64,000 nucleotides of DNA from Paramecium tetraurelia (GCA_000165425.1 CT868675.1:1-64000), one strand, 5' to 3'; shown: positions 29,823-42,583, numbered from the stretch's first letter. Numbers and translations: made by a program. The notes: generated by a model from the sequence alone, not told the origin.

Positions 29823-30273
29823 AGTAAGGTAATCGAATCAATAAGTTCATTCTGAATTGTACAAAGTAATCAATAATCTCTTGATCAGAAAAATATATAA
29901 AGACTCCAACCTACTTACTCACATGCTTGATCTGCATTCATTAATTATTAATCAAAATCATTTAGAAGGATACTGATCTTATTATTAAGATTCTAGTTGT
30001 TTGCCCTCTATTATTTAAATGATAAGAATAAATTAGAAGCTGTTTTAAGATGTCTAAATAGAAATCAAGTTTTCCTTCAATTTTTCAAATTGAATTAATA
30101 TAATTTTGTTTATGTAAAAAAAAAAATAATCTCCACCATAAACATTTCTACATCATATGTTATGATTGACATAAGAGTAAAATATATTAAAAAGAGTTTA
30201 AGAATTCTACTCTGTTCATTCTGCTTAATGACATTGGACAAATTTTATATTACATTTCATTAAATTTATTAGT

Positions 30274-30406
30274 GGTTGTCACTATTATAACAAAGGCAAG
30301 CAGAATATTAAGACTAAGCCTGCCTAGCTAATAATAGTATTCACTCTATGACTAATAGTTGTGACTTAAAATACATTGAGTATTAGTAAGTGGGATTTAG
30401 TCATTC
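30274..30406 (-). ncRNA. Candidate box H/ACA snoRNA
   Basis: Hairpin-hinge-hairpin-ACA: ATGACTAA/TTAGTCAT and ACTTA/TAAGT stems with internal loop; hinge AGAGTGA; ACTATTAT/ATAATAGT and AGGCAGGC/GCTTGCCT stems with internal loop; ACA 14 nt after upper stem; about 133 nt. Confidence 0.65.
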
Positions 30407-30476
30407 AATAAAATTTATTAAAATATTTATAATTAGATAATATTTAATTATTGTTCACTTATATGTGATCAAAATG

Positions 30477-31923
30477 TCAGAAATAGTCATCCTTAATTAG
30501 TTACAGAGTTAGATCTAAAATTTTAATATTGAAAAATTATTTATTTATTGTCCTATTCACTTTTCTTATTGGTTTCTGGTTTTTCCTCATAGTTGTTCTA
30601 ATGCCATTCGGTTCATTATCTACTTGAATACTCTCGATGTCCTCCTGAACTTCCAATTCAACTAGTTAATTTTTTTAGGGTTCTTATAACATATCTGCAA
30701 GTAATCCGAATGAAATCTGGGTTAAATTTGTCTGGAGGAATGCCTTCAACAAATCATCGTTTTCCTTCTTATATTTTAATGAATTAATAGTTTAATAAAT
30801 TTTAAGATTGCATGAAGGCTTTTACAGTATCACTTTCTCATAAATTTGATCACTTGAATCTGTGACACTTTTGCATGTAATCAGAAAATGTAGATTATGA
30901 TCCTGTTTGTTCAATCCCCACCATTCCAAATAAGATTACTGCTTTGCCCACTCCTTTATTATCATATCCGAAGCATCAAATGCTAGACTCTATTTTCTTG
31001 CTTTTAAAATTTATTCTAATTGACTTTTATGTAAGATTAAAAAAGAAGCATTTTCCTTATCGAACTTTAAGCTAATATTTTTTCACTCAATTCCCTCAGG
31101 CTCTATCTTTCTGTCTATATTCGAAGATAAAAAATGAATTGTTTCTTTGGCATTATGTTGTTTTGAAAAATCAATCTTATCACATAACATCCTGTAAGGA
31201 GGGGGAAATTGAACTAAAAGAACAACTAGTATTTCATCTTTGCTATCATATAGAGTAATTTATTTAGAGCAATAGACTCCGATTACTGCAGCTCCTTGCA
31301 TTCCATCAAAGATTCTTATGTCTATTTCGTCTTCATCCTCTTCATTTTTTTAGATCTTAACTTTGTATTATTGGGCTGATTCTTTAGTTTGCAAGAAGTC
31401 TGCAAACACCATAGTTGGTTTGGCAGCAAAGTTCCCATTTGCATCAGGCGTTCTGGCTTTTCGATTTCAGGATGGTAATTTTGTCGGTGACCATAAATGT
31501 TTCTTGCGATCTAATTTATTTGGTATCAGAGGGTCGTATTCTGACTTTTATAGAGTTAGTTTATTCTTCATTTCTAATAATTTGAAGATAGATTTAGTTG
31601 CAAGTTCTTACTTTTTTAATTCTTAAGCAGTATTTATATAATTATTTAAATTTATGTCTTTAAATAGGACAATAACTTTTACGATTTTGCTGCTATATAA
31701 ATGAACATTAACTTTATGTACTTGAATAAATTTCAGTCTCAATTTATTTGACTCTGGTTAAAATGATTGATTCATTGATTTCTTTAAGTTAAGAGTTATT
31801 TTAAATCAGATCAGCAACTAGATAAGATGGCTCTTGTACTTTGATTTCTCTTTTGAATTCTAAATTCAGTGGTTAGGACTGCAGGTTCAAATGGCTATTT
31901 TTTCCTCCATTTATTTTTTTCAT
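30477..31923 (-). pseudogene. Gene with two in-frame TGA codons and a 5' frameshift (probable pseudogene)
   Basis: Otherwise continuous frame with TGA at 31467-31469 and 31083-31085; frame break near 31690-31720 not repaired by a canonical intron. Confidence 0.55.
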
Positions 31924-32151
31924 TTTAATAATAATTTAATGAAAGTAAGAAGTATGAAATATATGTTTATTCAACTAAAAATCTTTGAATGAATTGTCAT
32001 ATTATAAAAGATACGTTATGATGAGTATTTATAAAATAATTATTCCATAAATTAACTTAACTTATTTGAAAATCAAAGATAAATATTTGATATAATTCAA
32101 TATTTAAGCAAGTGTTGTTATTTATTAGTGAGGATATTTATTTTAATATTA

Positions 32152-34561
32152 ATGGGATCTGATGATCAAGTTTTGTAAGCATTATACAAATTGGCTATCA
32201 AAAAGCCATTTAAGTAAGTGGTTCAAGATTTCGGTCGACCAACTCTTGCACAAGTGCATTTTAGAAAACTCATTACACAAATTGACCCTTCAATTACACT
32301 CACTGATTGCGATAGGTTTTATTAGAAAGCTCTGATTGATCACAAAAGCTTAGTAGGGTTGACAGTGGAAATCCTAGAAAAATTGACAGAAAAACAAGAA
32401 AAGGTTGAAGTAGTGGTATCAAAAGATGATTTGTAAACAATTACTGTAATAATTCAAAATTACAGAGCAAAACGACTTGAATTAGACAGAGTATTCAAAT
32501 TCTTTGATAAGAACAGAGATCTGTCCTTAGAGGAAAGAGAAGCTAAGGAACTTATTGAGTTTTTCCACACTTCAATTACACCTCAAGAATATCAATCTAT
32601 TAAGAAGTTAATTGGAAATCTGAAATTCTCATGTGATCATTTGAGATAATTGTTCTAACAATGGGAATAAATAGTGGATAATTAAAATAAAAATCCTCAA
32701 TAATAACAATAAATTAAATATACAATAAGACCACAAATAGAAGAAAAGAAATAAGAAGAAGCTGTTGCCCCTAAACCAGTTCCAGTTGAAGATGTTGAAT
32801 AACAAGAAGTTAAAAATGACGAGGTTGATTTTGCTGATTTCTTAAACATTGATTTACATATTACAGGCGCCAAAGAATTAGTACAAATGAGAGAGGAACT
32901 AAGAAAGTCAAAGCAAGTATTTGTTGACAAAGACTTCCCAGCATCAGTAAGAAGTCTCGGAATGAAGTTTTGTTAATTGTCTTGGAAACGAATGAGTGAC
33001 ATTTTTTAGAATAACCTAAAGATGTTTAATGTAGATGATTCATAAGACAGTAGAGTTGGATTAGGAAAGTGGATCTCCCATAGAGATATTAAATAAGGAA
33101 TTCTTGGAGATTGTTACTTTTTATCATCAATTAGTACTATAGCCTGCAGATGGTATCTAAATTGTTATTATTCATAGGCCTGAAGTGATTAAGGATCTAT
33201 TCATAAGTCAGAGAGCAAATAATGAAAAACTATATGCAATTAGATTGTGTTTAGATGGTGAGTGGAAGGTTGTGATGTTGGATGACTTTATTCCAGTTAA
33301 TGGATAGGGAAATCCAGCATTTTCTAAAAATGCAGGTGCAGAAATGTGGGTTGCATTGTTAGAAAAAGCTTGGGCTAAGATGAATATAGATTACACAGAT
33401 ATAGAGGGTGGTGATCCAAGAGAAGTTATTAAGAGTATCACTGGTGGTCCCACTTGGATTGTATTTACTAATGCTGCTGATTTCAAATAATAATTACAAA
33501 AATGTTCAGATATGAAGTGTGTTATGACTAGTGGTACCTTTGGATCAAATCCAAATTATACTAATTTTGGTTTAGAACCTGGACATGCGTATTCATTATT
33601 GAAGGTTTATAATGTGAATCATCCTACCAAAGGAGAAGTCACTCTATTAAAAATTAGAAATCCTTGGGGAAATAAGGAATGGAATGGTGATTGGAGTGAT
33701 GCAAGTTCATTATGGACAGAGGATTTTGAAAGAGTAAGTCAAATTCGGTAAGAAGGAGGATGATGGCATCTTCTTCATGGAAATCAAAGATTTTTAGAGA
33801 TACTTCTAAGCCATTTTTGTTGGTTATTTCAGAAAGGAGTATTTATACAACTCCATCAAATAAATGGCTAAAAGAACTAAGACTATTCAATATGATATTG
33901 ATATTCCAAATGATGGTGAATACTATTTCACAGTTCATCAAGAAGCTTTGAGAAGATACAAATTGAACAAGGATATTAAATACGAATATTCTTATGTTAG
34001 AATCTTATTGGCTAAGAATTCAGGCAAAGGAGAATATGAGTTCGTTGACCAAAAATAACAAAAAGACATTGAAGTTCACTTAGGAGGTTAATTGACTAAG
34101 GGTAAGTATTCAGTTTAGATTAAAATTAAATGGGCTGTTCCAACTTGGAATGAACACGAATATTAATTCAGTGTCTATGGATCTGAATTCTTGAGACCAA
34201 AACAAGTGCCTAGAGATGCTGAATTAAGAAAGGCTGTTATGTTACAAGTTGCCAGAGGAAACAAAAACTTATAGCAATTAACCACTGGATTGCTTTGTGC
34301 TATGGAGACAGTTGTTTCAAAAGGGTACTATGTTGTTTCTATTAGTTTTATAGATTGGGCTACTTCTATTATAAGAACACTTCTTAGAAAACGTTCAAAT
34401 TGAAGAATGTTCTTTCAAATAAGCAAGGCGTTAAATTCTTGAAGCCAGAAATTGGAGACAATTATTTAGTCGAACTAGCTCCTGGAGAAGATAAGATCGT
34501 GCTCTGCAGTCTAGATCCAGCTGGTGTGGCATTTACACCAAAGCACTAATTGGTCTAATGA
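32152..34561 (+). CDS. Calpain-family cysteine protease with N-terminal EF-hand-like region
   Basis: FVDKDFP, IKQGILGDCYFLSS, WVALLEKAWAK, GHAYSLL, IRNPWG, DDGIFFM; FDKNRDLSLEERE EF-hand-like loop; frame shift near 33724. Confidence 0.92.
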
Positions 34562-34647
34562 TTATCATTAAAATTACAACGAATAGTATAATTTTGTAAA
34601 TGGACATTTCCTAATACTTTGATATTGTGATAAAATAAAATAACAAA

Positions 34648-35261
34648 TCAATTTATTGGCTTTTATACTTCTAATTATTTAATAAATTATTTTGGATGAT
34701 GCCAACCAGCTATCCATGTCAATGATTTCTAAAATGCTATTGTTTTCATACTTCTATTTGTTTTTTCATTTGTCCATGCTGATCTGCATTTATTATGTAA
34801 GTCATTTGTTTATCTTGATCCACATTTTCGATGAACACTAATTTGAAATACTTGTCATACAGCTTTCCAAACAGTTGTTTTTATTTGTATTCTATTCAAA
34901 TACATAGTTAATCGAATTACATATCGCAAATTCTTGTCCAGGCAGCAAATCTGGATAGAGCAATTAAGAGAGTTCTTCATAGGTCAGACCTAAACTAGCC
35001 CACCGTTTGATTTTCAGGGTCTCGTCGCTTTAATCGATTTCTGCTGACAACCTCAATTGCAAGGCGAATTTTGCTTTTGCAAACTTGCTAAATGCCATCA
35101 TATGATTTTGATCTGTAATCGCAAATGTAGGCTCTAATTCATTTCAAACTCATTACATTCACCAAGAAGAATTACAATACATTGCCATCCAGCACTAATG
35201 AGGTCACCATGGTATAAACAGGAAGGGATTCATAGGTGAAATATGATAATTTTTTAATCAT
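34648..35261 (-). CDS. Hypothetical protein, Whirly-like fold candidate
   Basis: Three short introns; PTF...FALQL...RWASLGLTYEELSQLL...TYIINADQHGQMKKQIEKSLTWIAGW. Confidence 0.55.
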
Positions 35262-35318
35262 AAATAATTATTTTATTAATTTTACGAGAATTATTTAATT
35301 ATTATAATATTTCTCCAA

Positions 35319-36325
35319 ATGAATGCACAACCACAATCGATACTCTCGCAATCTCATGAAACATTAAATGGCTAATTCAGAAATGAATATAAGGATAATC
35401 AGAATTGGAACTAATATTACGAAAACTTGGTCATTCACAATGTTTCAAAATACACTTTACATTTTAGGGTACGCCTATCTATTGGGTGGCGAAATCAGAG
35501 CCAATTATATTATTAATACATGGAGCGGGACATTGCGCAATGACCTTTGCTTTGCTTATACAAGAACTCAAAACTTTTTGTAGTTGTTTCTCATATGATA
35601 TTATTTCTCATGGCTTATCTTAGAGAAAGGAAGCTCTCACGATGAAGAATTTGTTATCAGAATGCGAGGCAGTTATTGAATTCATCAGGATCAAATGTCC
35701 TAACACAAATATAATATTGCTTGGGCATAGTTTGGGTGCAGCAATAGCATCTAAAATAAAACATTAATCATATATCAGAGGGTTAATCGTAATTGACATG
35801 ATTGAAAGTAAAGCCATCGAAAGCATCTAAATAATGGACTATCAATTAAGAAAAAGGCCTAGTCTGTTCAGTTCGTATTCGAGTGCCATAAATTATCATT
35901 TATATAATAATTTAATACGGAACCCCATTTCAGCTTAAATAACAGTTCCTCATTACTTAAATGACAAATTGGAATGGAAGGTAGATCTCATAGGAACAAA
36001 GCAATATTGGGAATAATGGTTCGAAGGAATCTAAAATGGATTCGACACCTTCCCTTATTAAAAAATGCTGTTCATAGCTGAAAGTGACAGGATACCAACA
36101 GATCAGTTCCTCAAATCGAGATATCCAATCCATTTGTTTGAAAAGTCAGGACACAATATTCATGAGGATGAACCTATTAGAATGGCCAAGCACATTTCTG
36201 ATTTTCTGTATCAACAGAGAGTGCCTATGAATTCGTCTGAAACAGAGAAACTGAAACAATTGGGAATAATTGGTTTTAGACCCAAAGTATTATAATATAA
36301 GATTGAATTAAAAGATATCATTTGA
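35319..36325 (+). CDS. PPME1: Alpha/beta hydrolase, protein phosphatase methylesterase-1-like
   Basis: LIHGAGHCAMTFA, YDIISHG, LGHSLGAAIA, VIDMIE, WKVDLIGTKQYWEQWFEG, SGHNIHEDEP. Confidence 0.8.
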
Positions 36326-37103
36326 TGAATTTTTATAAGCTCCTGATTTTACTATATAAATCAGTATAAATTTCCAAATAATCTTAATGTAAATTGTCAA
36401 TGTTATCAACAATGGAGGATATTTTTTCATTCGGACTGATATTGTTTCTGAGTGTGCTAACAATAGTTGGTTAAGCAATACGCTCAACAATTTTTTTGTT
36501 TTTCGAAGGCAATTGAAATTTAAAAGCAAAGGTATCAGCATCTTGTGAAGCCATTCTCATAGACTCAATGAGGATCTTGTCCTTCAACCTCCTCTCTTCT
36601 AATTTTTGCTTCATCTACTAATCACTGTCATTTAGTTCTCTCCCCATTTTTCTGACGATTAGATTGTCTCTAGTCATGTGCATCCCTTCCATCAATTTAT
36701 TTATGCATCTATCACTCCACAGATCGACTACTCCCATGGACCCATCATTGGCGACATCTCCTTCAGCTTCCCTAACCTTTCGAATGAAGGGTTGAAGATA
36801 ATAATTATTTTTCTTTTCATGCGATCTGAATCCATATTTTAAGAATGTCAATCTTTTATTCTTGGATTGCTAATTAGCTTTTCCAAATTGCTCGAATCTC
36901 TTCAACTAAATCTCAGTTTTTGGCAACTCCTTTTAAGGTGTCTTCCTACTCATCAATCCTCTAAAATGCCCCAGAGCAAAATCCGATTTCACCTTCTCCT
37001 TCAAGATATCTTCTTAAGGCAGAAGAGTTCTTTCGCTTTTCTGCAACAATCTGGATTGCATAGTGATGGATCGACGTACAGGAGTTGTTTGAGAATTTTT
37101 CAT
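36318..37103 (-). CDS. Hypothetical protein
   Basis: Intronless 262-codon frame MKNSQTTPVRRS...IRSLQKFIK*. Confidence 0.75.
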
Positions 37104-37141
37104 ATTTCTCTATATATAATTTTATTTCTAATTTATGAGGA

Positions 37142-39104
37142 TCATTCTAAGTCATCATCAATTTCATCCTATGGTTCATCACCAATTTCAGGAAGATTAT
37201 GTTCAGATTCCCATTCTTCAATCCATTTCTGTTCATCAAATTCTTCACCCTCCTCCCCTTAGAAGTTGGCCTTAGCTGCCTGCAAATCTGTCTCTTTTTA
37301 TTCCTATTGTCATTTCATAAATGTCATACTAATAATTAGGCTAACAATTCTTTGGCAGCCTATAATTGGCCTCTCTTCTCCTGTAGGATTTCTTTTCTGA
37401 TTGCAACGTCCTCCCTTCTCAACTTACAATACAAAGTGAGAAATCTTTGTAAGTACCCCAAAGCCCAATTGTAATTTGCAACTTTCTCCTCATCATACAC
37501 ATCCACCAATTTTTCCAATCTATATATAGTAGCATGTTGAAGTGGGGCTTCTTTGGGTCCCCTGTGATTAATGAGAGCTAATTTGGCTAAGAATCTGTAA
37601 TCAATCTAGGAAGCCACAATCTTCCAATTCAATTTATTTTCCAATGTGATTTCCTCCTTTTTGTAACCTAACAAATAAAATAACGCTTTAATGATGTTTG
37701 GGAATTTGATGACCCTCCTCTTCGTTAGATTAAGAAAAGTAGAGGCAAAATCTTTGGCAGTAAATTGTTACTTCAGAAAATCAAATTTAATACACTCTAT
37801 TTCATAACTATAATCCCGATCATTAGTCTACTTCAATTCCTCTAAATTGACAGCTTACTACTCCACAAATTGATTCTCTTGATCCAGATAATTCTCCTCC
37901 AACTTCTCAGGAATAGTATTTTGATATTCAATTTATTAATTGATATCCTCTGACAACAAGGCTATCTCCTTCTCTTGATAACTTTGACCAAACTATTGAA
38001 TCATATCGTATAATTGATTGCGTTCTTCCTGTGACAATTTTCTGTCTTATCCTAATGTATCACCACATACAATGTATTATTATTGGATGCCCAAAAAAGG
38101 TGGCTCTACAAGTTGTGGCAACGAAGACAAATAATTTTGATGTTCGTCCTCCAATTACTGTTTCTGATCTTCACTTTCGGCATTTTGTAATTATTCTGCA
38201 TGTTCTAATTCCTTTGCCTTAATCTCTGACTTTTGGGTCTCCACCTCAGAATTGTATTTTATCCTATTCACCAAACCTGCGTCAAATGCATCCTATGATT
38301 TATGAGGATATGATTACTTCAAAAAGAGAAGTTTCAAAATTCATGGGAATGGCAAAATAGCATCCCAACTTGGGGAATCTATGAAAATAAACTTTTGGCT
38401 CTTTGACAACATCGGGTATGTAGATTCCCTTGTACACTTCTGGAGCCTTGCCTTCTTCAGGAGGAGGAGGGGGTTTGAGTACTTCATATGTTATGATAGC
38501 TTATTCAGTTAAGTTTTGATGGAGAAGGAAATTTTGATTTACAGAGGTTCCTACATATTTCAATAGTTTAGGTGCCTTTTGATTTATAAATGCGTTTTCA
38601 TCATCTACCAAATCAATGTCGACTACTTGTTTCTGATGGGTGAAATAGCAGATGTACACACCAGCCAAATTCTAATTTGAAATAATAAGAGGGGATTCTT
38701 ACAAATTTCTTCATCAGAAATTCTGGAAACTCCTGAATAATCAACTCCTAATGATAGGGATGGTTTCTTAGATACTCGATGTAATTGAGTTCTTGTTCCA
38801 TTGTTTTTTAATTGAATTAAAGCAATTCTTCCAATCTCTCCTTCTCTTACTTTTGCTATTGGATAAAATTCTAAATGTTTTATTCTTTCTTCTAGAGCTG
38901 TTAACTATTAAGTGAAGATTATCATACATCATCTTGGAAGTGAGTTTTCTGAGTGGAAGTTTTACAATATTATAATAGCCATTTGGCTAAAAATTCGATA
39001 GGTTTTTCAGGTTGTGTATTGTAGAGCACTGTTAGACCATCGGCAATGACTCCCCCGATGCTCTCTTAGTGCAAATAGTCCAAATCAATAGGAGACAATT
39101 GCAT
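37142..39104 (-). CDS. Dpy-30 motif plus GAF-like axonemal protein (RSP2/EFCAB5-like)
   Basis: IGGVIADGLTVLYNTQPEKPIEFLAKWLL; IYIPDVVKEPKVYFHRFPKLGCYFAIP; acidic C-term. Confidence 0.7.
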
Positions 39105-39167
39105 AATTTATTTATATATATAAATTTAATTTGATCAATCGAGTGAAATAATAATGAATTATAATTA

Positions 39168-40485
39168 ATGTAAAATCACAAATGCAGATTCTGCATGCAT
39201 ACACGTGAATGCTTGTATGCCTCGATTGATCAGATCTCTAGGAGGGGAAATCTTATTTAAACAATGAATCTCAGTCTCTACTATAAACATGGCCAGAGCC
39301 AAAATTATTTTTTTTCTCGACCAATCAACCAAATCATAAAGAAGGAGAAACACACCGTCTATATGAAAGTGGAGGATTAGAAGATTTTGGACACTGAGGA
39401 TGAATATCTCAGACAGTTCTATAATATGCCTAATTGCCAGCTTCAACTAAAATAACTTATACAATATTATAAAGTAACCATATCTACTAACTTATCAGTT
39501 TAGTGTTGATCATCCCATGTTATACTTTCTGGAATTAAAAGCCATCATTCTAAAATACATCAGTAGTAGATCTCAGGTCGAATATCAGTGGGCAATAAAG
39601 CAAATAGAAATTGAGGCTAAGAAGGAGGGGAAGGGGAGGAGTCCCAATAAAAGTAAGAAGAAGAGCACTCCCCTAATCAAATAAGAATTGTCCTGTTTCT
39701 TGAAAGAATTGAATGAAACCCAAAAATCTACAACCATTTTGTAATTGCTCAAGAACGTTGAGGCGGATAGAGCTCTTGAGAAAGATTGGCAAAAACAATT
39801 CACTCAATCTCTTGTCGAATAAGATCTAACCAAAGCCATGCAATTTTCTACCTTTATATAACAAAAGGAACTAATAAAACAAAAGGAAACTATAATCAGG
39901 GAAAATACCTCCTCCAGAACAGTCTACATAGGGAATATGAAGAAACACCTAAATCTCTAGATAGGAACTCCCAGAAAAGCCAGCAATCTCATTACTAACA
40001 ATTTCAGCACGGGATGCAGTACTCATGCTAACTCGAATATCAATATCCAGACCTAAAGTCATTAGGTCAATGTACAAAACAATAGTGGAGCAACTACCAT
40101 TACGAATCACAGGGTCGTTGCCGCCAACTCTCATTTCTTCAACCACAATATCAATCCTTCAACTCAAGCTTCGAATGCTCAGAGCACAACCACTCATAAT
40201 TTAGTCACCAAAACCAGTATCGTCAATAGTTCGAATGGCAGTGTCTTGAAGCCTTAAACTATCTATAGGATGTAGCCATTGCGCTTGATGGAAGTGCCTA
40301 AATTAAAGATCAAACTAAATCACTAAGATCCGAAATCAGAAAGAAAATATGATAGAATTCGTGAGAATAGAATCGATTGCCTAACTTAAAGAATCAAAAC
40401 TCAATTAGATGAATCCAACACTGTCAGAGGTAGTGTCAATCCAAAATCTGTCGTAATCAAACGAAGATAAAATTTTTAGCATTGA
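39168..40485 (+). CDS. Ciliate multigene-family hypothetical protein
   Basis: QNYFFSRPINQII...DEYLRQFY motif, shared with the gene at 46887; short introns. Confidence 0.7.
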
Positions 40486-40534
40486 TAAATATGTTACTTG
40501 TTAATTCTTGTCAAAAAGTTTATTAATTTAATTT

Positions 40535-41411
40535 ATGTAATAAACTTAAGCTAATTTATAAGCTACAGGTCCTTTGACTCAAAAACCTTACAAACAATTG
40601 CCCAAAGACAACGAAAAACTCACTCTACTTGAGAAGCAGATGGGTGACTTGGCAAATGATTTCGAAGATATGAAAAGAAATAGAGAAGAGGCAAAAAAAT
40701 AACTGGAAGCTAAATTTCTTGATGTACATAGGTTCTTCTCATATATATTCTTAGGAAAATACAAAATACCCGAGAATTCATCACTTAAGAAGGGGAAAGA
40801 ATAAATAATACTCTAATCGCCTATGATTCCAAATTCACCCAAGTGCTCAATTAGACTAATTAAAAATTGCAAACTCAACATGAAACATTTGCGCATTAAA
40901 CGGATTAAAGGATTGTTGATGCAAATGCTTATCTCAAGGATCTAACTCAAAAATTGGAAGAAGAAAAATAAGAAAGAATGAGATAATCCGATGAAAACCT
41001 TAGGGAAATCAGAAAATAATTAACCAGTATATTTAATTACCAATCGTAGCTTTATTTGAGCATTATGAAACAGAAAAAAATACTAGAGTTGAAAGAGAGA
41101 AGGAGATCTTAAGAAAATTAGATGATGAAGCTTATCAATTAAATGAAAAACTGAGTAATGAAAAATCAGAGAGAATTCTCTAAAGCAAAGAGTTAAGAGA
41201 TCACACTGATCAAGAAATTCAAAGACAACGAAAGAATAATCAAGATTTCCATGTCAAAACTATTGATGAATTCAATCATGTGGCTTACAACTTGAAAGAA
41301 GAAATGAATTAAAGATTTAATCAACAAAACTAAATTATAGACAATTTAAGCAGTGTCATCAAGACTATTTAAGACACCTTAAAAATTATTGGTAAAGGTG
41401 TTAATGATTGA
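40535..41411 (+). CDS. SF-assemblin / beta-giardin family striated-fibre protein
   Basis: About 275-aa coiled coil with EKQER, TRVEREKEI, EKSER repeats ending QIIDNLSSVIKTIQDTLKII. Confidence 0.85.
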
Positions 41412-41476
41412 ATTTAATAATTATATTTATATAATTCTGATATTAATATTTTAAAAGACTTAAATTGCAAAGTCAT

Positions 41477-42583
41477 TCATTATTATCTTGGATCAATTAT
41501 TAAATATGGTACTAAACCTGCACGAAAAGTTGATATAACCTAAGGGAATTCTTCCGATCTTTTTATTTTAGGGTTGTCATTGAAATCTTAAGTTTGAAAT
41601 GCGATGAAGGGATTGATTGGAGCAGCAATACTGAAATAGTGACAATATAAAACTTTGCTAGGCCAAATTGCAATTGAATATTCCGTGAATTCTTTTATGT
41701 TAACTGGCTTACTTAACATCAATTCATAACAATCATTGACTATCTTCATTTTACTATGTCGCAATGTGTATTTTTCTTGATGTATTGCTTATTTAGTCAA
41801 GTTTTTTTTATTGTAAATACCGAAATTGATAACTGCAGATTTTTTTTGGTAATTTTTGGTACTACTTTTAAATAAGCAAGGCTACAAAAATCCTATGATC
41901 TTTAAGTCTCTTAACGATGAAAATATACAGCAAAACACAGTAGATGAAGTCATTTTCCAAGCCCAATCTTAAGTACTCAATTATTGTAATCTTGCTACTT
42001 CAACTCTATCCAAATTTAAATTTGGTTATTGAACTAACTACTAGGTTTCTTGCTGATTGGATTAAGCAGGGTTCATCTTAAATATTTTTGACTATTTAGT
42101 TTTCTTAATCATATCCTATTATAATTGGGCCTAACTGAGAACGATTGATTTAGAATGTTCTTTTTTTCGAGTATCTATTATAGTAAGGGGACTTTAATCT
42201 AAATCCTACCCCTTCAATGCATTGATAATATGCTAGAGCCTGTTTTTTACTTTGTTTTATAAAGTATTTTGGATATTCGAGATTTCACTTAATTATTTAT
42301 TCAATTATTCTAAATTTTAAGCATTTGTTTGAGGTTATTTAATTTATTGAAGATGTTAGCTTAATTCGTGCTCCATCTTTGTCATCAAATCGTTAATGAT
42401 AAATTTAAAACTTTAGAAAGTTTAGACCAGTTCTTTTATGTTGTAGCCTTCTAATAAACTTTGAACTGTGGTTTTCTCGTGTTCGTGCTCACATTGCGCA
42501 CAAAGGCATCTATTTTCGCAATGTTGATCATTACAATAATAGATAATATCTTATTTATGATTTGCACATTGAATTGATTTCAT
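41477..42583 (-). CDS. B-box zinc finger / coiled-coil protein with C-terminal beta-domain (PHR-like?)
   Basis: CANHKQDIIYYCNDQHCENRCLCAQCEHEH; coiled coil; C-term KPVNIKEFTEYSIAIW...GLVPYLII. Confidence 0.75.

Noticed and set aside
30340..30410. SECIS element for the upstream in-frame TGA codons
   Set aside because: The ATGA pairs Watson-Crick with TCAT instead of forming the GA/GA quartet, the TGA contexts are not redox motifs, and an H/ACA fold explains the structure better
31693..31721. Retained IES or intron explaining the frame break
   Set aside because: The GT..AG options (20, 29, 32 nt) do not restore the frame; a TA-bounded 25-nt deletion would, but it is below the known 26-bp IES minimum and lacks a good end consensus
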